Part shown: piece by piece, positions 57,103 to 64,000 of the stretch
How the letters are laid out: each line of letters starts with the position of its first letter
Position numbering within the stretch: the first letter of the stretch is position 1
Virus record (IMG/VR): IMGVR_UViG_3300009502_000041
Span: 10,271-74,270 of that record
Direction: 5' to 3' (one strand)
DNA length: 64,000 nt
DNA from: a virus
Made by a program: the position numbers and the translations under genes
Notes under the pieces: model-generated
What the model saw: only the letters and a program-made list of their open reading frames with translations
Told to the model about the DNA's origin: nothing
Databases searched by the model: none

Positions 57103-59913
57103 ATGGCAATAACTTTAAATGATAATATAAAGATAAATGCAGGTAAACCATATGATAATAGATATTTATCTTCAAATAATACTGTGTTTTCATCAACTAG
57201 CGAGACTAATATAACAATACCAATTAGTTTTAGATATACAGGTTTAACTGTTAACGTAGGTGGGACAGAATATTGGTATAAAAATGGCGTATCTGACATA
57301 AATTTAATCGAAAAAAAATATGGTAATGATATTCCGCTTACTATTGTTACTGGAGCAACAAATTTAGGTTTTTTTAGTGGTAAAACTGGCGTGCAAACGT
57401 TGCCTATTACTCATTTACTTAATAGTAGTTTTAATGGAAATTATAAGTCTTTATATAATTATTATTATAGAGATGTAAACGGAATCATACATGTTGGAAC
57501 ACCTACAGATGGAATTAATAAAAGAGGATTTTTAAAAACGACTGTTCCTACCAAATCGTTAATTTGGAATGAATATGTAGGTGGTTCTGATTTATTGGGG
57601 TGGATTTTAATTGATGAAAATATTGATAATCAATTAGGAACGTTTCAATACAGCAGTGTTCCTTCTTATTATGATGGAATAACAAAATTTCCATATGATC
57701 AAACTTCTTGGATAACAAGTGTAGCATATAATAATGGATCAGATTTGGTCGTTGGAAGTGTTGTTGGGAGCTTAACTACTGGAAATACTATTAGTATTGG
57801 TGGTGGTGTTTATGGTAATGAAACAAATAATATTTTAAATTTTAGAACAATTAAATCAAAAACTCCTGATGTAATAGCATTATCTATTGACGAGTCTTTT
57901 GTGTATGTTTCAGGAAAAACGGGGGACAGTGCGGGTGCAACAAATGGTTTGAGTCTAACAGGCAAAAATATTAAACTTGGTGGTACATTAACTGGGAATA
58001 CAATTATTAGTGGAAATAATTCAAATTCACTGTCATTTAATTCATTATCGGCATTTAATCTGTCTTTTGGTAGTGCAACAATAACTGATAATGGGACTGC
58101 GGGTAGTCTTAAATATGCAGCAGATTATAGCCCGAATTACACTAATCGCTCAATTCCAGATGTTGAATATGTTAATGCGGTTGCAGCAGGATTAAAACCA
58201 ATTGAGGCTGTTAGGGTTGCAACAACAGGAATTTTAGTGTATCCATATAGCGGATTAACTATTATTGATGGGGTACATCTTTCGAACGGCGATAGAGTTT
58301 TGGTTAAAAATCAAGATACTGTGCCTCAAGCAAATGGGGTGTGGGTTGTAAATTATGGAATTTGGACACGTGCTGCAGATTTTGACGGTACTCCTGTAGG
58401 TGAAACGCTATCTGGAACATATATGTGGGTTTTAGATGGTGTGACAAATATTGCAAGCGCTTGGGTGTTAATAACCCCCGATCCTATTTTAATAGGAACA
58501 ACTCCGTTAAATTTTGCATATTATAATCACGCTTCAGATGTAACAAGTGCTATTGATTCTGGAATTGTTATTACAAATTCTAGTGGTAAAACATATGTAG
58601 CACTAGATGGTGTTGCAAAAGATGTTAGGTTATATGGTATAACTGGGGCAACAAATGGATTGAATCTTCAAGGAAGAAATGTTCGTTTAGGTGGTGTATT
58701 AACAGGAAACACAAATATAACAGGTAATTACAATTTAAATATTTGTAACGGTGCTCAATTAAATACAATTTTGGGTTATCAAATAAGTGGGTGTACAATT
58801 TTAAGAACTGCGCCTAATACAATATCGAGCGTTTACTTGGGATGTGGTTCTGGAAATAACACATCCACAGGATTAAATAATTTTGCCGTTGGTTGTCAGG
58901 CATTGTATTCAAATACCACTGGGGACAATAACATTGCGGTTGGTTCATATGCTTTGGCTAGTAATACTTGTGGTAATAGTAATATTGCAAATGGATATCA
59001 AGCATTATCAAATAATAGCTACGGGGCTGGAAATATTGGCATTGGACATCAAGCATTAATGAATAATACTGGTGGTACACAAAATATTGGAGTTGGACAT
59101 AATGCATTGAGTAATAATATTAGTGGTGATCTAAATGTCGCAATTGGTGCTTATTCGCTTTATTACAATACTTGTGGGTGTGAAAATGTTTCACAAGGAT
59201 ACGGTACACTCCTAAATAATACGTATGGAAATAGTAATGTTGGTATTGGAAATGGTAGTTTACGTGCTAATGTTAGTGGCTCTGGAAATATCGCAATAGG
59301 GACGGGTGCAAAATCTAATGGTATTTCTGGATGTAATAATACCATAATAGGTATTGCATCAGGATATTTAAATTTAACGGGATCAAGCAATATTTTTATT
59401 GGTGCATGTTCTGGATATAATGAAATGAGTTCAAATAAATTATATGTTGCTAATACGTGTACGAATCAGCCTTTAATTTACGGTGATTTTGTTACAAAAT
59501 GTGCAATAGTTCATGGTGCGTTTAAAACAAGTGGAACAACATCATTATTAGTAGCACCTGTAACGGGAACAACAACAGATGACGTTTTAATTTGGAATAG
59601 CGTTGATAAGAACATAAAAAGAATATCTCCCAATGTAGGTAATGTTTGTAATGTTTCTTCGCCATATGTAACAAAAGGTAGTGATAGTTTTATTGGTGTA
59701 TGTGTTGCATCAGTCATTGATTTATATGCAACGCCCGCACTTGGTCAAACAATAACGGTTACCGATATAGGTGCATGTGCAAATATCAATCCAATTACCA
59801 TTTGTAGTTCGTTGGGAATTAACGGTAACCCATATGCAACAATAAACACTGATTTTGGTTCGATGACGTTTAAGTTTAACGGAAGTTTTTACAGTATTAT
59901 TGCGATGGTCTAA
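57103..59913 (+). CDS. Tail fibre protein
   Basis: VRVATT..IDGV.L..GDRVLVKNQ...NGVW...WTRAAD fibre domain; NGL...LGG.LTG repeats; N.A.G..AL..N..G beta-helix repeats. Confidence 0.85.
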   Translation: MAITLNDNIKINAGKPYDNRYLSSNNTVFSSTSETNITIPISFRYTGLTVNVGGTEYWYKNGVSDINLIEKKYGNDIPLTIVTGATNLGFFSGKTGVQTLPITHLLNSSFNGNYKSLYNYYYRDVNGIIHVGTPTDGINKRGFLKTTVPTKSLIWNEYVGGSDLLGWILIDENIDNQLGTFQYSSVPSYYDGITKFPYDQTSWITSVAYNNGSDLVVGSVVGSLTTGNTISIGGGVYGNETNNILNFRTIKSKTPDVIALSIDESFVYVSGKTGDSAGATNGLSLTGKNIKLGGTLTGNTIISGNNSNSLSFNSLSAFNLSFGSATITDNGTAGSLKYAADYSPNYTNRSIPDVEYVNAVAAGLKPIEAVRVATTGILVYPYSGLTIIDGVHLSNGDRVLVKNQDTVPQANGVWVVNYGIWTRAADFDGTPVGETLSGTYMWVLDGVTNIASAWVLITPDPILIGTTPLNFAYYNHASDVTSAIDSGIVITNSSGKTYVALDGVAKDVRLYGITGATNGLNLQGRNVRLGGVLTGNTNITGNYNLNICNGAQLNTILGYQISGCTILRTAPNTISSVYLGCGSGNNTSTGLNNFAVGCQALYSNTTGDNNIAVGSYALASNTCGNSNIANGYQALSNNSYGAGNIGIGHQALMNNTGGTQNIGVGHNALSNNISGDLNVAIGAYSLYYNTCGCENVSQGYGTLLNNTYGNSNVGIGNGSLRANVSGSGNIAIGTGAKSNGISGCNNTIIGIASGYLNLTGSSNIFIGACSGYNEMSSNKLYVANTCTNQPLIYGDFVTKCAIVHGAFKTSGTTSLLVAPVTGTTTDDVLIWNSVDKNIKRISPNVGNVCNVSSPYVTKGSDSFIGVCVASVIDLYATPALGQTITVTDIGACANINPITICSSLGINGNPYATINTDFGSMTFKFNGSFYSIIAMV

Positions 59914-59942
59914 TTTTAATATAATAAAAATTTAAATAAAAC

Positions 59943-62900
59943 ATGGGTTTTACAACAAAACAAAATTTAGTTAACACTAAACACTGTCAGGAAACTGGAG
60001 GTATGTTAACATTATCTGGAAATACTATAATATCAAGCGGTGGTAGTATTCAATATGCCGTTGATGAAAGCAATACTTTTGGCAAATTTTCAATTGTTGA
60101 TAAAAATTATGTAACAGGATTAACATCCGTTCTTGGAATTCAAACAGCTAATAATGGTTTAACTAAAAATGGATTAAATGTAAGACTTGGTGGTGCATTA
60201 ACAGGAAGCACTTCATTAACAGGTGCTTATACGTTGAATATATGCGGTGGTGCACAATTAAATACAGTATTGGGTTATCAAATAAGTGGAAGTACAATTT
60301 TAAGAACTGCACCAAATGCAATAAGCAGTGTTTATTTAGGTAACAATTCATTTAATTATAACGTTAGTGGTAGTTGTAATATTGGTATTGGCTATGGTAG
60401 TGGATATAATTCATTGGGTAGTGGAAATATATTTTTAGGTAATTGTTCTGGTTATAATGAATTAGGTTCTAATAAGTTATATATCTCCAATTCAAGCAAT
60501 GCTCAACCGTTAATATATGGGGATTTTAGTCAAAATTGTGCAATTATACACGGTGCACTTAAAATAAGTGGAACTACTTCTTTAATAACAATACCAACAA
60601 CAGGATCGATGTCTGATTCGATTTTATTGAGAGCAAACAATGGTGAGATTAAAGAAATTAGTAGCGGTACTTTACTTGGATCAACAATTAGTGGCGTTAC
60701 TAATGGTTTAACAAAAATTGGACGTACTGTTGTGCTTGGTGGTGCATTAACAGGAGATACTACAATTAGTGGTATAAACGTGTTTTCGGTTACAAGTCCT
60801 AGTTATATTGATAATAATCAATACATTAGATTTTGTAAAACACCACCAATAAGGGGATTTTGTGAGGGCAGTTTATATTATGAAAAGAATAAACTAAATT
60901 TTGATAGAGATATTAGTGGTGTTACGCTTCAAGTTGGTGAAGAAACTGTCGTATATGTGTGCAATATTTCTGCAGGAGTAATTTCCAATGGTACTGTTGT
61001 GTATATTTGTGGTGCACAATCAGGATTGCCCACAATTGACAAAGCAATTGCAAGTAATAAATCTCAAGCAGAAAATACTCTTGGTTTAGCAACAGATGAT
61101 ATTTATGTTAATAGTAAGGGTTATGTCACATTAATGGGTCTTGTTAATGATTTAAATACCTCTACTTGGACTGCTGGAACTCCACTATATCTTTCTGACT
61201 CACAATCAGGTTGTTTTACTTGCACACCACCTTCATACCCAAATGAAAAAATGTTGGTGGGTTATGTTACTTATCAGGATTCATTAACTGGTGCAGTGCT
61301 GGTGGGTGTGCGTGATAATACTGAATATGTTGATGATGGTACATTTACAGGATATACTGCAAGTACTTCAAATATTCTTATGGGTAAAATGACGTGCATT
61401 GATTTTGATAGTTATACTGGTGCAACTGCGCCAATTATTAATGGTTTGGTTTCAATGTGTGGATGTGCAATTACTGGTGCAACAAATGGATTGAGTAAAA
61501 CTGGAATACATACAGTTTGTTTGGGTGGGACATTAACTTCTCCTGTAATAATTTCAGGAAATCAAAAATTAACTTTAGGTGATTTAAACGGGGTTGATAT
61601 AAGCACAATAAATGGATGTGACGTAAATCTTAATTCCAAATCAAATGGATCAATATTTATAAAATCACAGTGTAATACTGTTGCAAGTGGTTCTGATTTC
61701 ACTTGTGCAGTAGGGATAGCAATGAGTGTAAATGCTGGTGGGTTTGTTGTTCATGACGATAGATGTACAGTAAATCGAACTGGTATTGTATATGCATCTG
61801 ATTATTCGAGCAATTATGTTAATCGCTCGTTAGTCGATAAAGCATATGTTGATAGCGTTGCAACGGGGTTAAATTCTAAAACAGCCGTATTTGTAGCAAC
61901 AACTGGGAATATTGTGTTAAGCGGTCTTTCAATTGTTGATGGTATTCAAACAACAATTGGTATGAGGATACTTGTTAAAGACGAGTTAACTGGATGGAAA
62001 AATGGAATTTATAGCGCAAATACTGGGAATTGGGGTCGCACCTCAGATTATGATTTTACTTCAAATGGGCAAGTATCAAATGGTGACTTAATTCCTGTAA
62101 GTAGTGGAAACTCTCATGCTAATAGTATTTGGATCATGTCCTCACAAAACCCAATTATAAGTGGTGTGACTAATCTTATATTTACACAGTTTTTACAACA
62201 AATTGGAATTACTGAAGGCAACGGTATTAATGTTATGGCGGTTGGAATAAATAAACAGATTTCTGTTGAATTATATTCTACCAATGCAGGGCTTTGTTTT
62301 AATGGTACTGGTTTACAACAAGATTGGAATGTATATAATAAAGGAATGTGTTATAATTCTGGTAAGGTTGACATTAGAGCAACAACTGGAATTGCTAGTG
62401 GTTCAGAAATTGGAGTTAGAATAAACACTGGAGGTACTAATGTTTTATATGTTGATTCATCGACAGTTGCTAGTTGTTTAGGAACTCCTATAATTACATC
62501 AAATAATGGGTTAACTAAAATCGGATCGAATGTTGTTTTTGGTGGAATGCTAACTGGAAATACCACAATACTTGGTAATAGTAAATCACTTTCGTTTGGT
62601 TCTACAGCATGTAAAATTCAAGATTTTTGTATTAATTACCAAGGAAGTGCGAAAATTTGTGATTATAATTTATCCCCTGTTGGTGTACAATATGGCGCTG
62701 ATTATACTACGTCTTTTATCACTCGTTCACTTGTTGATAAAGGCTATGTTGATGGTAAAGTAATTTCAGGTGTTTTGGCTTGTAATGGTTTAACTAAAGT
62801 AGGTGGAACTGTAATACTTGGTGGTCAACTAACTGGTGATACTCAAATATGGTTAGGTTCAGGTAGGTTATGTTTTAATGATGGTGGACTTAGTTGCGTT

Positions 62901-64000
62901 GATTTATTATCTACTTGTAGTGCTTTGCATTTACAAGATGGTATGATATATATGCAAGGATGTAGCGTTGGTACATGTAATGCTAAAGTTTGTGTTACTA
63001 GTGGTGCAACAATTTCGTTGACAACAAATAATGCAACTTGTGGAATATTATTTACCACATCAGTTTCTGGAATGGGTGCTATTTATGCCTCAGATTATAG
63101 TAATACTTTTGTTAATGAATCATTGGTTACAAAGAGATATGTAACTGGCTTAACTACAACATCTGGTGTTCAAACAGCAAACAATGGTTTAACTAAAATT
63201 GGAAATAATGTTCGTTTAGGCGGCGCATTAACTGGAAACACTTCGTTAACAGGTGTTTATACATTGAATATATGTGGTGGTGCACAATTAAATACCGTAT
63301 TGGGTTATCAAATAAGCGGTAATACAATTTTAAGAACATCCCCGAATAGTATTTCAAACATACTAATTGGTTGTGGTGCAGGAAATAATACTATGACGGG
63401 CACTAATAATGTTGCAATTGGATCTCAATCATTATTATCCAACACTACTGGTTGCAATAACACCGCTAATGGTTATCAAGCATTATGTTCTAATACAACT
63501 GGCTGTAATAACATTACAAACGGTTATCAAGCACTTCGTTCTAATACAACTGGTAGTAATAATACTGCCATTGGTTGTTGTGCGCTTTATGCCAATACTT
63601 GTGGTAATAATAATATTGCCAGTGGTTATAATGCACTATTTTTTAATGCTACTGGTAGTAATAATATTGCCAATGGTTATAAAGCACTTCGTGCTAATAC
63701 AACTGGTAGTAATAATACTGCCATTGGTTGTTGTGCGCTTTATGCAAACACCACTGGCTGTAATAATACAGCTAGTGGTTATCAAGCACTTTATGCAAAT
63801 ACTTGTGGTAAAAATAATATTGCTAGTGGTTATAATGCACTGTTTTTTAATACTACTGGTTGTAATAACACCGCTAATGGTTATTATGCGCTTTATGCAA
63901 ACACCACTGGCTGTAATAATACAGCTAGTGGTTATAAAGCACTTCGTGCTAATACAACTGGTAGTAATAATACTGCCATTGGTTGTTGTGCGCTTTATGC
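59943..64000 (+). CDS. Very large tail fibre protein, partial (>1350 aa); runs off the window end and is absent from the ORF track
   Basis: ATG at 59943 (MGFTTKQNLVNTK...), frame open to the window end; same modules as 57103 plus tandem 14-aa repeats. Confidence 0.88.
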   Translation, partial: MGFTTKQNLVNTKHCQETGGMLTLSGNTIISSGGSIQYAVDESNTFGKFSIVDKNYVTGLTSVLGIQTANNGLTKNGLNVRLGGALTGSTSLTGAYTLNICGGAQLNTVLGYQISGSTILRTAPNAISSVYLGNNSFNYNVSGSCNIGIGYGSGYNSLGSGNIFLGNCSGYNELGSNKLYISNSSNAQPLIYGDFSQNCAIIHGALKISGTTSLITIPTTGSMSDSILLRANNGEIKEISSGTLLGSTISGVTNGLTKIGRTVVLGGALTGDTTISGINVFSVTSPSYIDNNQYIRFCKTPPIRGFCEGSLYYEKNKLNFDRDISGVTLQVGEETVVYVCNISAGVISNGTVVYICGAQSGLPTIDKAIASNKSQAENTLGLATDDIYVNSKGYVTLMGLVNDLNTSTWTAGTPLYLSDSQSGCFTCTPPSYPNEKMLVGYVTYQDSLTGAVLVGVRDNTEYVDDGTFTGYTASTSNILMGKMTCIDFDSYTGATAPIINGLVSMCGCAITGATNGLSKTGIHTVCLGGTLTSPVIISGNQKLTLGDLNGVDISTINGCDVNLNSKSNGSIFIKSQCNTVASGSDFTCAVGIAMSVNAGGFVVHDDRCTVNRTGIVYASDYSSNYVNRSLVDKAYVDSVATGLNSKTAVFVATTGNIVLSGLSIVDGIQTTIGMRILVKDELTGWKNGIYSANTGNWGRTSDYDFTSNGQVSNGDLIPVSSGNSHANSIWIMSSQNPIISGVTNLIFTQFLQQIGITEGNGINVMAVGINKQISVELYSTNAGLCFNGTGLQQDWNVYNKGMCYNSGKVDIRATTGIASGSEIGVRINTGGTNVLYVDSSTVASCLGTPIITSNNGLTKIGSNVVFGGMLTGNTTILGNSKSLSFGSTACKIQDFCINYQGSAKICDYNLSPVGVQYGADYTTSFITRSLVDKGYVDGKVISGVLACNGLTKVGGTVILGGQLTGDTQIWLGSGRLCFNDGGLSCVDLLSTCSALHLQDGMIYMQGCSVGTCNAKVCVTSGATISLTTNNATCGILFTTSVSGMGAIYASDYSNTFVNESLVTKRYVTGLTTTSGVQTANNGLTKIGNNVRLGGALTGNTSLTGVYTLNICGGAQLNTVLGYQISGNTILRTSPNSISNILIGCGAGNNTMTGTNNVAIGSQSLLSNTTGCNNTANGYQALCSNTTGCNNITNGYQALRSNTTGSNNTAIGCCALYANTCGNNNIASGYNALFFNATGSNNIANGYKALRANTTGSNNTAIGCCALYANTTGCNNTASGYQALYANTCGKNNIASGYNALFFNTTGCNNTANGYYALYANTTGCNNTASGYKALRANTTGSNNTAIGCCALY
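63405..64000 (+). repeat. 42-bp coding tandem repeats (14-aa NNTAxGxxALxxNTTG-type beta-helix units)
   Basis: AATACAACTGGTAGTAATAATACTGCCATTGGTTGTTGTGCGCTTTATGC recurs at ~63543, ~63695 and ~63951. Confidence 0.9.

Noticed and set aside
63405-64000. Repeats that might be a CRISPR array or a DGR template/variable pair
   Set aside because: Units are contiguous in-frame coding repeats without unique spacers; there is no adenine-specific variation and no reverse transcriptase or cas gene in the window
1-64000. Stop-codon reassignment as an explanation for the broken genes
   Set aside because: Core genes are full length in the standard code and end in TAA, TAG or TGA; the breaks are frame changes or deletions, not in-frame stops

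Overview
This is an AT-rich segment of a large tailed (myovirus-type, probably jumbo) bacteriophage genome. TAnnTTTG/TTG host-type promoters point to a Bacteroidota host. The window holds: (i) a tail/baseplate module (sheath, tube, gp5-like spike, tail-assembly chaperone with a probable -1 frameshift, tape measure, tube initiator with an OmpA-like insert, gp53/LysM-like wedge); (ii) a minus-strand block with a gp55-like sigma factor, two glycosyltransferases, a HAD-like protein and PhoH; (iii) a ~10.5 kb glycan cluster (six or seven glycosyltransferases, methyltransferases, WecB, and ADP-heptose-type kinase, phosphatase and adenylyltransferase); (iv) probable internal head proteins; (v) a replication/recombination block (SSB, RecA/UvsX, 5'-3' exonuclease, and a DnaB/gp41 helicase fractured by a naturally split intein); (vi) an atypical tRNA-Met followed by an unidentified ~190-nt structured RNA; (vii) Cys-rich tail-fibre genes. 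Eight intact or decayed free-standing homing endonuclease genes are scattered through it. The strongest candidate for an undescribed system is phage-encoded virion glycosylation: the glycan/heptose cluster, plus a recurrent [S/T]-G-x-[T/S] motif and a mucin-like Thr/Ser tract in virion proteins. Other main findings are the split intein, the tRNA-linked ncRNA, a GTATTTAT late-promoter regulon and a modular ~52-aa DNA-binding repeat shared by different nucleases. All family calls come from motif recognition by eye; no searches were run.
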